64,000 nt of DNA, taken from assembly GCA_030650425.1 (NCBI GenBank), contig JAUSED010000008.1, positions 196,554 to 260,553 on the forward strand, given 5' to 3'. Of this stretch, positions 42,669 to 53,775 are shown in pieces. This DNA comes from Candidatus Omnitrophota bacterium. GTDB lineage: Bacteria; Omnitrophota; Gorgyraeia; Gygaellales; Profunditerraquicolaceae. How positions within the stretch are numbered: position 1 is the first letter of the stretch; each line of letters begins with the position of its first letter. Below the pieces are notes generated by a model. The model saw only the letters and a program-made list of their open reading frames with translations. It ran no database searches and had not been told where the DNA came from. The position numbers were made by a program, and so were the translations under genes.

Positions 42669-43790
42669 ATGAATATACTGGTTATTAACAGCGGGAGTTC
42701 ATCTATAAAATATAAATTTTTCCAGATGCCGAAAAAAAAGCTTCTGGCTGAAGGAAAAATCGAGCATATCGGAGAAACAGGCTCGGATATTCAAGATCAT
42801 AAGGCCGGCTTAAAATTAATCTTAAATAAGATTAATTCCGTAGATGCTGTGGGCCATAGGGTGGTGCATGGGGCAGAGAGATTTAAGAAGCCGGTTTTGA
42901 TTGACCAACCGGTAATCAAAAAAATAAGAGAATGTTGTAGTATCGCACCCCTGCATAATCCGGCTAATCTGGCAGGCATACTTGCCTGTAGTAAATTATT
43001 AAAAGGGGTCAGGCAAGCAGCAGTCTTTGATACTGCTTTTCATCAGAGCATTCCTGATTATGCCTATATTTACGGCCTCCCTTATGAATATTACACGAAA
43101 TTCTGCATCCGTAAATACGGTTTTCACGGGACTAGCCATGAATATGTGGCTCATGAAGCAGCGCACGCGCTAAAGCAGCATATTAATGAGTTAAAGATGA
43201 TTACCTGTCATTTAGGTAATGGCTGCAGCATAACCGCCGTAGATCAAGGTAAATCTATAGACACAAGCATGGGTTTTACCCCCTTAGAAGGCTTAGTGAT
43301 GGGAACGCGCTGCGGAGATATCGATCCGGCCTTAATCACTCACATTATGAAAAAGAAAAGGCTGGATATTATCTCGATGGATAATTTATTGAATAAAGAA
43401 AGCGGGCTTAAAGGTATTTCCGGTTTAAGTAATGATATGCGCGTCCTGGAAGAGAATTCCAGAAAAGGGAATAAGCGGGCAAGGCTTGCTCTCGATATAT
43501 TTGTTTACCGGGTCAAGAAATATATCGGCGCTTATACCGCGATTATGGGCGGTTGTGATATCTTAGTTTTTACCGGAGGTATAGGAGAGAACCAGAGAGG
43601 AATACGCGGAAGGATTACTAAAAATATTTTTAAGCATTTAAATAAAAAACCTAAAATAATTGTTATTCCTACTAATGAAGAACTAATGATTGCCAAACAG
43701 ACGTATCAATTAATGAATGGCAGGGAATTAAGGAGAGATCCCGCGCATAGCGCAGGATTAATTAACGCTAAACGCCGGAGGCAGCGTTAA
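42669..43790 (+). CDS. ackA: Acetate kinase
   Basis: ILVINSGSSSIK, GHRVVHG, APLHNP, YGFHGTSH, CHLGNG, TSMGFTPLEG, PTNEE. Confidence 0.96.
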   Translation: MNILVINSGSSSIKYKFFQMPKKKLLAEGKIEHIGETGSDIQDHKAGLKLILNKINSVDAVGHRVVHGAERFKKPVLIDQPVIKKIRECCSIAPLHNPANLAGILACSKLLKGVRQAAVFDTAFHQSIPDYAYIYGLPYEYYTKFCIRKYGFHGTSHEYVAHEAAHALKQHINELKMITCHLGNGCSITAVDQGKSIDTSMGFTPLEGLVMGTRCGDIDPALITHIMKKKRLDIISMDNLLNKESGLKGISGLSNDMRVLEENSRKGNKRARLALDIFVYRVKKYIGAYTAIMGGCDILVFTGGIGENQRGIRGRITKNIFKHLNKKPKIIVIPTNEELMIAKQTYQLMNGRELRRDPAHSAGLINAKRRRQR

Positions 43791-43799
43791 TTAAGGAGA
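43726..43799. repeat. Palindromic insert flanked by an 11-bp direct repeat at the ackA-panD junction
   Basis: AATTAAGGAGA at 43726 and 43789; hairpin TTAATTAACGCT...AGCGTTAATTAA. Confidence 0.6.
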
Positions 43800-43804
43800 A
43801 AAAA

Positions 43805-44155
43805 ATGTTCAGGACAATCTTAAAATCTAAAATTCATAGAGCTATTGTTACCGAAGCAAACCTTTATTATGAAGGCAGTATCACTATTGATGCCAAATTG
43901 ATGACGGCCGCGGATATTTTTGAGCATGAAAAAGTCGAGGTATTGAACCTGAATAACGGACACCGCTTGGAGACTTATGCTATTCGAGGTAAACCCGGGA
44001 GCGGGGTCATCTGTTTGAACGGCCCGGCGGCCAGAGGGGCATGTAGAGGGGACACAGTAGTGATCCTTACTTACGTCCATGCCGATGGCCAAGAGGCAAA
44101 AACTATAAAACCAAAAATAATCAAAGTAGATGGAAAAAACCGGATTCAAAATTAG
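43805..44155 (+). CDS. panD: Aspartate 1-decarboxylase
   Basis: KSKIHRA.VT..L.YEGSITID, NG.RLETY, LNGPAAR. Confidence 0.96.
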   Translation: MFRTILKSKIHRAIVTEANLYYEGSITIDAKLMTAADIFEHEKVEVLNLNNGHRLETYAIRGKPGSGVICLNGPAARGACRGDTVVILTYVHADGQEAKTIKPKIIKVDGKNRIQN

Positions 44156-44687
44156 GACATTAGGTGATCCTGTTTTAAGGAAAAAGTCAACCCAGCTTAA
44201 AAAAGTAACCCTTGAAGATAAAGAACTTTTAAGCAAGATGGCCCGGCTTATGTATGATAATGAAGGCGTGGGGCTAGCCGCGCCTCAGCTGGGAATAAAC
44301 GCGGCGATGATCGTGGCCGATATAGGCAAAGGCCTTTATAAATTAGTTAATCCCAAGATTGTAAAAGCTCAAGGCAGCCAGATTAATAAGGAAGGCTGCC
44401 TTAGTGTCCCGGGAATATGTATTAAAGTCAGGCGTGCCAATAAAGTAAAAATAGAGGCGCTCGATGAAAACGGAGAACCGGTTGCTATCGAAGCCGAAGG
44501 GTTATTGGCTTGTGTCTTTCAGCATGAAATCGATCATTTGAATGGTAAACTCATCGTGGACTACGCGCCACTTTTAGAGAAAATTAAGATCGCTAAAATC
44601 ATCAAAGAATTAAAAAAGAAGGCAAAAGATGAAAAATTGGCCGAATCAGAAAAAAAATCTTGTAAATTGTCCTGCCAGTCTCTCTGA
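44130..44687 (+). CDS. def: Peptide deformylase
   Basis: GVGLAAPQ, EGCLSVP, QHEIDHLNG. Confidence 0.96.
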   Translation: MEKTGFKIRTLGDPVLRKKSTQLKKVTLEDKELLSKMARLMYDNEGVGLAAPQLGINAAMIVADIGKGLYKLVNPKIVKAQGSQINKEGCLSVPGICIKVRRANKVKIEALDENGEPVAIEAEGLLACVFQHEIDHLNGKLIVDYAPLLEKIKIAKIIKELKKKAKDEKLAESEKKSCKLSCQSL

Positions 44688-44754
44688 TAGCAGGCAGGAT
44701 CCCGCCCTCGCTGAAATAGCTTGGCAGGGTAACTGTAGTTATACCCACCCATAA

Positions 44755-45645
44755 ATGAACCGACTTCCCAGTTGGTTCAGGCAAGATCTTCCCAATGCCG
44801 ATACACTACGCACAAAGCTGGCTATTCTGGAATTAGGGTTAAATACTGTTTGTCAGGAAGCAATCTGTCCGAACATAAACGCCTGTTTCGCTAAAAAACA
44901 GGCTGCTTTTATTATCTTAGGTGAATTCTGCACGAGGAAGTGCAGGTTTTGTAATGCAGGGATGGTTGGGATTGCTTCGCCCCGCCAAGGCGGGGCTCGC
45001 AATGACGAAGAGGATGATGAAGCGGAGCGGATTGTTGAAGCAGTAAAAACCTTGGGCTTAAGCTATGTAGTGATTACCTCGGTTACCCGCGATGATTTGG
45101 AGGACGGGGGCGCCAGCCAATTCGTCAAGGTGATAGAGTTGCTTCGCAATACCGATAAAGATATCAAAGTTGAAGTTTTAATTCCTGATTTTCAAGGCAA
45201 TCTTCAGAGTTTAGAAGAAGTGGTTAAGGCGTGTCCTTTTGTTTTAGCGCATAATCTCGAAACAGTTAAACGGCTATATAGCGAGGTTCGGCCTGAGGCG
45301 GATTATCAGCGTTCGCTTGACTTGTTGAAAAAGGCAAAAGAATTATCCGGAGGCCTGATCACCAAGTCTTCGCTTATGCTGGGGTTAGGTGAAAATGAGG
45401 AGGAAGTAATTACGGCTTTAGAGGATTTACGCGCTTCCGGTTGCGCTATGGTGACTTTAGGCCAGTATCTTGCGCCTTCCTCAGCGCATTACCCGGTAAA
45501 AGAATTTATTTCCCCCGAACGTTTTAAGAGATATTACAATATCGGGATAGAGTTGGGTTTCAAAAAAGTTCTATCCGAACCAAAGGCGAGAAGTTCTTAT
45601 TGCGCTGAAGAGCTGGCAGGAGACTCAGTACTATGCATGATTTAA
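44755..45645 (+). CDS. lipA: Lipoyl synthase
   Basis: CQEAICPNINAC, CTRKCRFC, TSVTRDDL, HNLETV, GQYL, RSSY. Confidence 0.95.
   Translation: MNRLPSWFRQDLPNADTLRTKLAILELGLNTVCQEAICPNINACFAKKQAAFIILGEFCTRKCRFCNAGMVGIASPRQGGARNDEEDDEAERIVEAVKTLGLSYVVITSVTRDDLEDGGASQFVKVIELLRNTDKDIKVEVLIPDFQGNLQSLEEVVKACPFVLAHNLETVKRLYSEVRPEADYQRSLDLLKKAKELSGGLITKSSLMLGLGENEEEVITALEDLRASGCAMVTLGQYLAPSSAHYPVKEFISPERFKRYYNIGIELGFKKVLSEPKARSSYCAEELAGDSVLCMI
44968..45007. repeat. REP-like palindromic element in frame inside lipA
   Basis: GGGATTGCTTC-GCCCCGCC-AA-GGCGGGGC-TCGCAATGACG. Confidence 0.75.
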
Positions 45646-46544
45646 TTATTATTGGAGCAGGTCCGGCGGGCTTAACCGCGGCTATATACGCTGGAAGATT
45701 TAAACTGGATACGCTAATTTTTGAAAAGATGTCCGTTGGCGGCCAGATATTGCTTTCTCCTTCAGTAGAAAATTATCCCGGATTTCCGGAAGGGGTAGCT
45801 ACTTTTGAATTGATTGATAAGTTTAAGCAACAGGTGATGGGTTTAGGCCTGCGGATAGAGGAGCAAGAGATATTAGAGATTATCCCTGGCGAAAAATCTT
45901 ATCAAGTCAAAACCAAAACCGCAAGCTTTCAGACTAAAGCGGTGATTATTTCAAGCGGCGCCAAGTCTAAGAGGTTGGGAGTAGAGGGTGAAGATAAATT
46001 CATCGGCCGCGGCGTTTCTTATTGCGGTACCTGCGATGGCCCGCTCTTTAAAGATAAGGATATTGTGGTGGTAGGCGGGGGGGACCGGGCAATTGAAGAC
46101 GCCATATTCCTTGCCAATTACGCCAAGTCCATTCATTTAGCGCATCGCCGGAATGAATTTCGCGCTGCTAAGATTCTGGTTGATAAGCTTAAAAGTAACC
46201 CCAAAGTAAAATTTGTTTTAGATAGTGTAATCGAAGAGGTAATAGGAGAGAATAAAGTAAACGCTGTTAAAGTTAGGCAAGTCAAGACGCTTAAGGAGTC
46301 GGTAATTAACTGTGAAGGTGTTTTTATCTTTGTGGGGATAATCCCGGATACCTGTTTCATAAAAAATCTATTGGAAACGGATGAGTTTGGGTTTATAATT
46401 ACTGACCAAAGCATGCGTGCTTCCAGAAACGGAATATTCGCCTGCGGAGATTGCGTAAGAAAAAGCCTCTATCAAGTGATTAATGCCTGCGGAGAAGGGG
46501 CGGTCGCGGCGGATTCAGCGCATAAATTCCTTTTAAATTTATGA
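45633..46544 (+). CDS. trxB: Thioredoxin reductase
   Basis: GAGPAGLTAA, ENYPGF, GVSYCGTCDG, HRR, FACGD. Confidence 0.95.
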   Translation: MHDLIIIGAGPAGLTAAIYAGRFKLDTLIFEKMSVGGQILLSPSVENYPGFPEGVATFELIDKFKQQVMGLGLRIEEQEILEIIPGEKSYQVKTKTASFQTKAVIISSGAKSKRLGVEGEDKFIGRGVSYCGTCDGPLFKDKDIVVVGGGDRAIEDAIFLANYAKSIHLAHRRNEFRAAKILVDKLKSNPKVKFVLDSVIEEVIGENKVNAVKVRQVKTLKESVINCEGVFIFVGIIPDTCFIKNLLETDEFGFIITDQSMRASRNGIFACGDCVRKSLYQVINACGEGAVAADSAHKFLLNL

Positions 46545-48334
46545 AAAAAAATCCCACGTATAATAAAAAATTAAGAGACTGGGTGGCTAAAATGGCCAAG
46601 CTTTGCCGGCCTGACGCGATCGTCTGGATAGACGGCTCAGAGGCCCAGAAATCCATTCTGGAAAAAGAAGCTATTGAAACAGGAGAGTTGATCCAGCTGA
46701 ATAAAGAGAAGCATCCCGGTTCCTTCTTACATCGCACAGCCATTGATGATGTTGCCCGCACAGAACATCTCACCTTTATCTGCACCAAGAAAAAACATGA
46801 TGCCGGGCCGAATAATAACTGGATGGCTCCGTCTGCCGCCTATCGAAAAGCCAAAGCCATATTTAGAGGGGCGATGCGGGGGAGGACGATGTATGTAATT
46901 CCTTTTTCTATGGGCCCGGTGGGTTCGAAATTTAGTAAAATTGGAGTGGAGCTAACGGATTCGCGTTACGTGGTCTTAAATATGCTGATTATGACCCGCG
47001 CGGGAGAAGCAGTTTTAAGACAATTGGAAAAAGAAGATCATTTTACCAAATGCCTGCATTCTAAGGCGCAATTGGATATCAAAAAGAGGATGATCCTGCA
47101 TTTCCCGGAAGATAATACTGTTTGGAGCGTGGGTTCGGGATATGGCGGCAATGTCCTGCTCGGGAAAAAATGCCTCTCTTTACGGATTGCCAGTTTTCTT
47201 GCCCGGCGCGAGCGTTGGCTGGCCGAACATATGTTGATTATGGGAATTGAAGAGCCGAATGGCCACATCGAATATATTGCCGCGGCTTTTCCCAGCGCCT
47301 GCGGAAAAACGAATTTAGCTATGTTAGTCCCTCCTGAGGGCTTAAAGGTAAAAGGTTACCGTATCTGGACAGTGGGAGATGATATTGCCTGGATGCGCGT
47401 GGATTCTGATGGAGCCCTCTGGGCGATTAATCCTGAGACGGGTTTTTTTGGCGTGGCGCCCGGAACAAACTCACAGACTAACCCGAATATGGTCGAAACA
47501 ATCAAAAAGAATACGATTTTTACCAATGTTTTACTTAAACCGGATAAGACAGTTTGGTGGGAAGGCGCGGACGGTGAAATTCCGGCTAATGGCATTGATT
47601 GGCAGGGCCGGCCTTGGAAGCCGGGATTAAAAGATAGCGCGGGCTCGCCTATTGTAGGCGCGCATCCTAACAGCAGGTTTACTACGCCGATTGTAAATTG
47701 CCCTTCTGTTTCTTTTAGGGTGGAACAGCATCATGGTGTTCCTATCTCCGCGATTATTTTTGGCGGCCGCAGGCAATATCTGGCCCCCTTGGTTTATGAA
47801 ACATTCAATTGGCAGCACGGAGTATTTGTGGGAGCGGCTATGGCCTCTGAACGTACAGCAGCTCAGGTTGGAGCATTAGGAGAGGTGCGCCGGGATCCGA
47901 TGGCCATGCTTCCGTTCTGCGGTTACAATATGTCCTATTATTTCAGGCATTGGCTGGATATGGGCAAACGTATGGCCAAGGCTCCTAAGATTTTTCATGT
48001 TAATTGGTTCAGGACCGATGCCCAAGGAGAATTTTTGTGGCCGGGTTTTAAGGAGAACTTAAGGGTCCTGGAATGGATTCTTGACCGCTGCAATAATAAG
48101 GTAGAGGCGTTTAAAACCCCCATAGGATATGTCCCTTATCCGGCGGATATTGATCGTACCGGCCTTAATTTTTCCGAGGGGTTGCTTGAAAAATTACTGG
48201 AGGCGCGTAATGCCGACTGGCTTGATGAGTTGAAAGGAATTAACAAATTCTTTAGCCAGTTTAAGAAAGATCTACCCGTTGAATTATGGCAGGAATATGA
48301 CGCGCTTTCCCGCCGGCTAAAAGCCCATGAATGA
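46541..48334 (+). CDS. pckG: Phosphoenolpyruvate carboxykinase (GTP)
   Basis: [49 protein letters not shown]. Confidence 0.97.
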   Translation: MKKNPTYNKKLRDWVAKMAKLCRPDAIVWIDGSEAQKSILEKEAIETGELIQLNKEKHPGSFLHRTAIDDVARTEHLTFICTKKKHDAGPNNNWMAPSAAYRKAKAIFRGAMRGRTMYVIPFSMGPVGSKFSKIGVELTDSRYVVLNMLIMTRAGEAVLRQLEKEDHFTKCLHSKAQLDIKKRMILHFPEDNTVWSVGSGYGGNVLLGKKCLSLRIASFLARRERWLAEHMLIMGIEEPNGHIEYIAAAFPSACGKTNLAMLVPPEGLKVKGYRIWTVGDDIAWMRVDSDGALWAINPETGFFGVAPGTNSQTNPNMVETIKKNTIFTNVLLKPDKTVWWEGADGEIPANGIDWQGRPWKPGLKDSAGSPIVGAHPNSRFTTPIVNCPSVSFRVEQHHGVPISAIIFGGRRQYLAPLVYETFNWQHGVFVGAAMASERTAAQVGALGEVRRDPMAMLPFCGYNMSYYFRHWLDMGKRMAKAPKIFHVNWFRTDAQGEFLWPGFKENLRVLEWILDRCNNKVEAFKTPIGYVPYPADIDRTGLNFSEGLLEKLLEARNADWLDELKGINKFFSQFKKDLPVELWQEYDALSRRLKAHE

Positions 48335-49220
48335 AGAAGTTATCTTAAACACTGATTTCAAGGATTTGAAATTATTTCGCAGGGGTAAAGTAAGGGATGT
48401 TTATGATTTAGGCGATAAACTGTTGATTGTTTCGACTGACAGAATATCTTGTTTCGATCTGGTTTTACCCGCCGCTATACCTTATAAAGGAAAAGTTTTA
48501 ACCGCGTTATCCTGCTTTTGGTTCGATTTTCTAAAAGATATAATCCCCAATCATTTTATTACTGCCGATGTTGGTGAATACCCCCGGGAGTTAAAAAAAT
48601 ATAAACACGAATTAGCAGGCCGTTCAATGCTGGTTGTAAAGAGTAAGCCGTTTGCGGTTGAAGCAATCGTCAGGGGGTATCTATCGGGGTCAGGATGGAA
48701 AGAATATCAAAAGCAGCAGTCTGTTTGCGGGATAAAATTACCGGCAGGGCTTAAGCAATCCGCCAAGCTTCCTGAAATAATCTTTACGCCTTCGACCAAG
48801 GCGGATGCCGGCCACGACCAGAACGTTAGTCAGGGCCATGTCGAGAAATTAATCGGAAAAGAAGCGGCTGACAAAATATCCAAGGCTAGCCTGAGTATTT
48901 ATAAAAAGGCGGGCGAATACGCTTTAAGCCGGGGAATAATTATTGCCGACACGAAATTCGAATTTGGCTTGTATAATGGCGCGGTTATTTTGATCGATGA
49001 AGTATTAACTCCGGATTCAAGCCGCTTCTGGCCGCTGGATCAGTACGCTCCCGGTAAAAGCGTCCCGAGTTTCGATAAGCAATTTGTGCGAGACTACCTT
49101 GAGGCCAAGGACTGGAATAAGCTGGCTCCGGCTCCGGATTTACCGGGTGAAATTGTCGTAAAAACAACCCAAAAATACCTCGAGGCGTATCATAAGCTAA
49201 CCGGAAAAGAGTTGGGATAA
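48327..49220 (+). CDS. purC: SAICAR synthase
   Basis: [42 protein letters not shown]. Confidence 0.97.
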   Translation: MNEEVILNTDFKDLKLFRRGKVRDVYDLGDKLLIVSTDRISCFDLVLPAAIPYKGKVLTALSCFWFDFLKDIIPNHFITADVGEYPRELKKYKHELAGRSMLVVKSKPFAVEAIVRGYLSGSGWKEYQKQQSVCGIKLPAGLKQSAKLPEIIFTPSTKADAGHDQNVSQGHVEKLIGKEAADKISKASLSIYKKAGEYALSRGIIIADTKFEFGLYNGAVILIDEVLTPDSSRFWPLDQYAPGKSVPSFDKQFVRDYLEAKDWNKLAPAPDLPGEIVVKTTQKYLEAYHKLTGKELG

Positions 49221-49221
49221 G

Positions 49222-50223
49222 ATGGTAACTTTTAGAAAAATAGCAATCTTATTATTAAGGATTACTATAAGCGCGGCTTTATTGGTTTTCTTGTTTAAAG
49301 TCAATAAAATTGATATCCATGCTTTAGGGGCAGATATAAAGAGCGCGGATAAGGCGCTTTTATTGACTGGTTTTATAATTTTTTTTCTGGTGTATATTTT
49401 GGGATTCTTACGCTGGCGGATGCTGCTAGAGGCCGCCCGGATTGATATTCCCATAAAGAGGCTGATTACTTCTTTCTCGGGAGGAATATTCTTTAGCATC
49501 GTTTTACCTTCGACTATCGGAGGAGACGTGGTTAAGACTGCTGACTTGGCGGAGCACACCCGTAAAGCCAAAGAAGTTATTGCTACTGTTTTTTTGGACA
49601 GGTTAAGCGGTTATATCGGCCTTGTGCTGGTAATCTTACCGACTCTTTTATGGAACAGGGATTTAATGCGGGATAAAGTTGTTTTTTCATCGATAAGCGC
49701 CATTGTTATCATCTTGGTTATTATCCTGCTGGTTCTGTTTAATAAATTTATTTATTCAAAGATTACAAGTTTTTTGGCTGCGCCCGGAGCCGGAAGGATA
49801 AAAGAGGCAATTAAAGATTTACACTATGAGATTCATATTTTCCAGCACCGCAAGAAACTGATTGCTTATAACCTGGCGCTTTCTTTCATCATCCAGCTGA
49901 TTATGCCGGTAAGCGTTTATTTTATCGCGCTCTCTTTGGGAATCAAGGCTAATTTTATTGCTTTCCTGATTTTCCTGCCGATAATCGGGGCGATTACCTT
50001 GCTTCCTATCGCGATAGGGGGTTTGGGGTTGCGGGAGAGTTTATTTGTGGTTTATTTCGCTAAGGTAGGAATAGCTAAGCAGCTGGCTTTGGCAATGTCC
50101 TTGCTATCATTTTCTTTTGTCCTGTTTTATGGAGCAGTGGGAGGCTTAATCTATGTCCTTACAGTACATAATCGACGGTTACAACATCACCAACCACCCC
50201 AAATTCAGCAGACTAGTCCCTAA
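49222..50223 (+). CDS. UPF0104 / lysylphosphatidylglycerol synthase TM-domain (flippase-like) protein
   Basis: RW..LL, LPSTIGGD, DRLSG, LPIAIGGLGLRE. Confidence 0.85.
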   Translation: MVTFRKIAILLLRITISAALLVFLFKVNKIDIHALGADIKSADKALLLTGFIIFFLVYILGFLRWRMLLEAARIDIPIKRLITSFSGGIFFSIVLPSTIGGDVVKTADLAEHTRKAKEVIATVFLDRLSGYIGLVLVILPTLLWNRDLMRDKVVFSSISAIVIILVIILLVLFNKFIYSKITSFLAAPGAGRIKEAIKDLHYEIHIFQHRKKLIAYNLALSFIIQLIMPVSVYFIALSLGIKANFIAFLIFLPIIGAITLLPIAIGGLGLRESLFVVYFAKVGIAKQLALAMSLLSFSFVLFYGAVGGLIYVLTVHNRRLQHHQPPQIQQTSP

Positions 50224-50635
50224 GCGGCCTGCTGATTCCCGTCTTGCCCTTATCCAGTTGATCAGAATGAAAAAAACATCTTGGAGCCCGCATAATAAAT
50301 TTTGGATTGTCTTTGACGGATACCCGGATGCCTCTTTCGATAATCAGGATAAAGGGAATATAATGGTTATATTCTCAAGAGGAGAGAGCGCGGATGAGCG
50401 GATCAAGAAGCTGCTGGAGTTGATTACTAACCCTAAGAATGTGGTGGTTGTTTCGGATGACAAAGAGATAAAGTTCTATGCCTTGGCCTGCCGGGCTAAG
50501 GCCCAGAGTGTGGAAGATTTTCTCTCTCTTCAGGATAAATTACCGCGTAAAGGAGCTCAGATGCCGGCAGCCGAAATTAGCTGCACGCAGATGCACAAGA
50601 TAAATGAAGAGCTGAGGAAGATATGGCTTTCTTAA
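50153..50635 (+). CDS. YacP-like NYN domain nuclease
   Basis: IIDGYN, VFDG, SADERI, VVSDD.EI. Confidence 0.85.
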   Translation: MSLQYIIDGYNITNHPKFSRLVPKRPADSRLALIQLIRMKKTSWSPHNKFWIVFDGYPDASFDNQDKGNIMVIFSRGESADERIKKLLELITNPKNVVVVSDDKEIKFYALACRAKAQSVEDFLSLQDKLPRKGAQMPAAEISCTQMHKINEELRKIWLS

Positions 50636-51390
50636 AATTCTTGGGGACGGCAGGCGCGCGTTTTGTGATGATCGAGCAGCTCAGGTCTTCAGGAGGGGTT
50701 TGGGTTTCTTTTAAAGATACCAATGTTTTGATTGATCCCGGGCCGGGAAGCATTGTGCGCTGTGCGGCCAGCCGGCCAAAATTAAACCCCACAAAGTTAG
50801 ACGGCATTATCCTTACCCATAAGCACCTCGACCACTCCAACGATATAAACGTGATGATTGAGGCGATGACTGAGGGAGGTTTTAAAAAAAGAGGGGTTGT
50901 CTTTTGTCCAACTGACGCGCTGGGAGAAGATTCGATAATCCTAAAATACGCGGCTAATTTTCCAGAAAGAATAGAGGCCTTAAAACCTAATAGTAATTAC
51001 GCGGTGAAAGATTTTTCTTTTCAGACCTCTATGCGGCATATCCATCCGGCTGAAACTTACGGTCTAAAATTTAATTTAGGGGATACCAGCGTGGGATTGC
51101 TTTCGGATACAAAATTTTTTAAAGAGTTGGGAAGTTTTTATAAAACAGATATATTGATTATCTCCGTAGTTTTTTTTGAGCCTCGGCAGGGCATAGATCA
51201 TCTTTGTTTAGCTGACGCCGAAGAAATCATCCGGCTAACTCAACCTAAAAAAGCAATCCTGACCCATTTTGGCAGGACGATGCTTAGGGCTAAGCCGCAT
51301 ATTCAGGCAGAGGCTTTAACTAAGCGTTTGGGTATTGAGGTTGTGGCGGCTAATGATGGTATGAGCCTGAGAAACTTTCGCTTGACATAA
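50623..51390 (+). CDS. Metallo-beta-lactamase fold hydrolase
   Basis: FLGTAG, IDPGPG, THKHLDH, SDT, LTHFG. Confidence 0.88.
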   Translation: MAFLKFLGTAGARFVMIEQLRSSGGVWVSFKDTNVLIDPGPGSIVRCAASRPKLNPTKLDGIILTHKHLDHSNDINVMIEAMTEGGFKKRGVVFCPTDALGEDSIILKYAANFPERIEALKPNSNYAVKDFSFQTSMRHIHPAETYGLKFNLGDTSVGLLSDTKFFKELGSFYKTDILIISVVFFEPRQGIDHLCLADAEEIIRLTQPKKAILTHFGRTMLRAKPHIQAEALTKRLGIEVVAANDGMSLRNFRLT

Positions 51391-51448
51391 CTCTATACTT
51401 ATGATAGAGTTAAACGAATTGTGAAACACTAACCTAAGGAGGTGGAGG

Positions 51449-52126
51449 ATGAGTAGTTGGCAAATCGTTTTGCTGGAACCGGCAAGGACAGTTTTATCTC
51501 AAATCGGCCAGTTTGTGGTGAACATTTTGTTGGTGCTCATTATACTCATTATCGGTTGGTTAATCTCGAAAGTAATCAGGACGATTGTCACCAAGGGTCT
51601 AAGGGCAGTCAAACTGGATGAGCTTTCTGACCGGATCGAATTGGAAGCATTGTTGGAAAAAGGGGGTATAGGATATTCTTTTTCTGAGCTGATCGGGATA
51701 ATCTGCTATTGGCTGGCACTATTGGTTACTTTTATGGTAGCGATTAATTCCATAGGCCTGACCATTGCCGCGGATTTATTAAATAAAGTGGTTCTTTATA
51801 TACCTAATGTCATCGCGGCTATATTCATTTTGATCTTAGGTATGTTCGCCGCTACCATTTTAAAAAATATCGTTTTAACCGCGGCTAACAACGCAGGAAT
51901 TAGCCAGGGAAAGCTTTTAGCTAAGACCGTGGAAGTGATTATTGCGTTATTTGCCATTTTTGTGGCTTTGGAGCAGTTGAATATCGGTATCCGCATAACT
52001 GAGCTGACCTTAGCGATTGCGCTGGGCACTATAGGCTTGGGTTTATCCTTAGCTTTTGGTCTCGGCTGCAGAGAAATCGCAGGTAAGTTTGTAGCTGATT
52101 TTGTTGAGAAATTGAAGAAGAAATAG
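51449..52126 (+). CDS. TM-helix repeat membrane protein (CmpX/MscS-associated)
   Basis: IL..L.IL.IGW, YIPNVIAAIFIL.LG, LAFGLG.RE. Confidence 0.75.
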   Translation: MSSWQIVLLEPARTVLSQIGQFVVNILLVLIILIIGWLISKVIRTIVTKGLRAVKLDELSDRIELEALLEKGGIGYSFSELIGIICYWLALLVTFMVAINSIGLTIAADLLNKVVLYIPNVIAAIFILILGMFAATILKNIVLTAANNAGISQGKLLAKTVEVIIALFAIFVALEQLNIGIRITELTLAIALGTIGLGLSLAFGLGCREIAGKFVADFVEKLKKK

Positions 52127-52151
52127 GAATATATGCTTTAGTAGCAAGTAT

Positions 52152-52189
52152 AAAACCCCGCGCTTTGATATTAAAGCGCGGGGTTTTTT
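52152..52189 (+). terminator. Intrinsic terminator
   Basis: AAAACCCCGCGCTTT...AAAGCGCGGGGTTTTTT. Confidence 0.85.
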
Positions 52190-52197
52190 ATAGGATA

Positions 52198-52659
52198 ATG
52201 ATAATCAGGAAAAGAAACCTCTTATTTATAATTTTTCCCCTTGCCATTCTCTCATTAGGCATGAGCTGCGTTCCACGCAGAAGCATAAATCCTGAAACGC
52301 AGAGGATGGTGCTGCAATCAATCGTTGAAGAAGCCCTTGGAGATATTGAAGCTGCTTATGCGGCTAAAGATTTAGAAGGTTTGATGAGTTTCTTGGATAA
52401 AGATTTTGAAGCGCGCTCCAGATTCCAATCGGTTTTAGAGAGCTATTTTGTTTCCGTAAACAGGCCGCACCTTCATTTTGTGATTGATATGATTATTGCC
52501 GATAAAAACGGGGTAAATGTAAGATTACATTGGTTTAGAAAGTCGTTAACCCTTTTAAATGTCACCATTAAGCCGCGGGGTTCATCGCAACTTTTATTTA
52601 AGAGATATCCGGAAGGCTTAAAGCTTAAACGTATTGATAAGCAGAACCCGTTTTTTTAA
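52198..52659 (+). CDS. Hypothetical lipoprotein (NTF2-like fold possible)
   Basis: Lipobox LGMS-C; [10 protein letters not shown]. Confidence 0.6.
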   Translation: MIIRKRNLLFIIFPLAILSLGMSCVPRRSINPETQRMVLQSIVEEALGDIEAAYAAKDLEGLMSFLDKDFEARSRFQSVLESYFVSVNRPHLHFVIDMIIADKNGVNVRLHWFRKSLTLLNVTIKPRGSSQLLFKRYPEGLKLKRIDKQNPFF

Positions 52660-52688
52660 TAACCGACCAGGAGGATAAATACAGAATT

Positions 52689-53717
52689 ATGAAAGGGTTG
52701 GCATTTCTAGATAGGTTTTTGACTCTTTGGATTTTTATAGCCATGGGCCTAGGAGTCTGCTCAGGGTATTTTTATCCGGGGATAGCCGGCTTTTGGAACA
52801 GGTTTCAGGTTGGTTCGACTAATATCCCGATTGCCATCGGCCTGATATTGATGATGTATCCGCCGCTGGCTAAGGTGAAATACGAGGAGATGGGGAGCGT
52901 TTTTAAGGATACCAAAATTCTAGCGCTTTCTTTAGTTCAAAATTGGATCATCGGCCCGGTTTTGATGTTTTTACTAGCGGTATTATTTTTAAGGGGGTAT
53001 CCGGAGTATATGATCGGGTTGATTATGATCGGCTTAGCCCGTTGTATCGCGATGGTTATTGTATGGAATGATTTGGCAAAAGGCGATACTGAATATTGCG
53101 CCGGACTCGTCGCCTTCAATTCACTGTTTCAGGTTATCTTCTATGCGGTTTACGCGTGGTTCTTTATTACCATTCTTCCGCCGTATTTTGGATTAAAAGG
53201 CGTTCAGGTAAATGTTACGATAGGGCAAATTGCCAATAGTGTTTTTATCTATTTAGGCATACCGTTTCTTGCCGGTATCATTACCAGGATTACTCTGTTG
53301 AAGTTAAAAAGCAGAAAATGGTACGAGGAAGAGTTTATCCCCAGAATAAGCCCGGTGACTCTGGCAGCTTTATTATTTACAATAGTCGTAATGTTCTCGC
53401 TCAAGGGCGAATATATCGTTAAGATTCCTTTAAATGCCGTAAAGATAGCCTTACCGCTTTTAATTTACTTCGTATTGATGTTTTTGGTTTCTTTTTATAT
53501 GGGGAGGAGATTCAATGCCGGCTACGCGAAAACAGCAACATTGTCTTTTACCGCGGCAAGTAATAATTTCGAATTAGCGATAGCGGTTGCTGTAGCAGTT
53601 TTTGGGATTAATTCGGGGGCTGCCTTTGCCGCGGTAATAGGGCCGTTGGTAGAAGTGCCTGTATTGATTAGTTTAGTCAATGTGGCGCTTTATTTTAAAA
53701 GGAAACATTTCGCGTAA
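52689..53717 (+). CDS. acr3: ACR3-family arsenite efflux transporter
   Basis: [44 protein letters not shown]. Confidence 0.96.
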   Translation: MKGLAFLDRFLTLWIFIAMGLGVCSGYFYPGIAGFWNRFQVGSTNIPIAIGLILMMYPPLAKVKYEEMGSVFKDTKILALSLVQNWIIGPVLMFLLAVLFLRGYPEYMIGLIMIGLARCIAMVIVWNDLAKGDTEYCAGLVAFNSLFQVIFYAVYAWFFITILPPYFGLKGVQVNVTIGQIANSVFIYLGIPFLAGIITRITLLKLKSRKWYEEEFIPRISPVTLAALLFTIVVMFSLKGEYIVKIPLNAVKIALPLLIYFVLMFLVSFYMGRRFNAGYAKTATLSFTAASNNFELAIAVAVAVFGINSGAAFAAVIGPLVEVPVLISLVNVALYFKRKHFA

Positions 53718-53775
53718 GTAAGCTTTTATTAAGGCTTTCAGCCGGTAGATATAGACAAAGGAGCTGTAATCGATT

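Noticed and set aside
43725-43742. ELRRDP in the AckA tail matching the GalT N-terminus
   Set aside because: A six-residue coincidence arising from an SD-like sequence plus a palindrome; no further homology.
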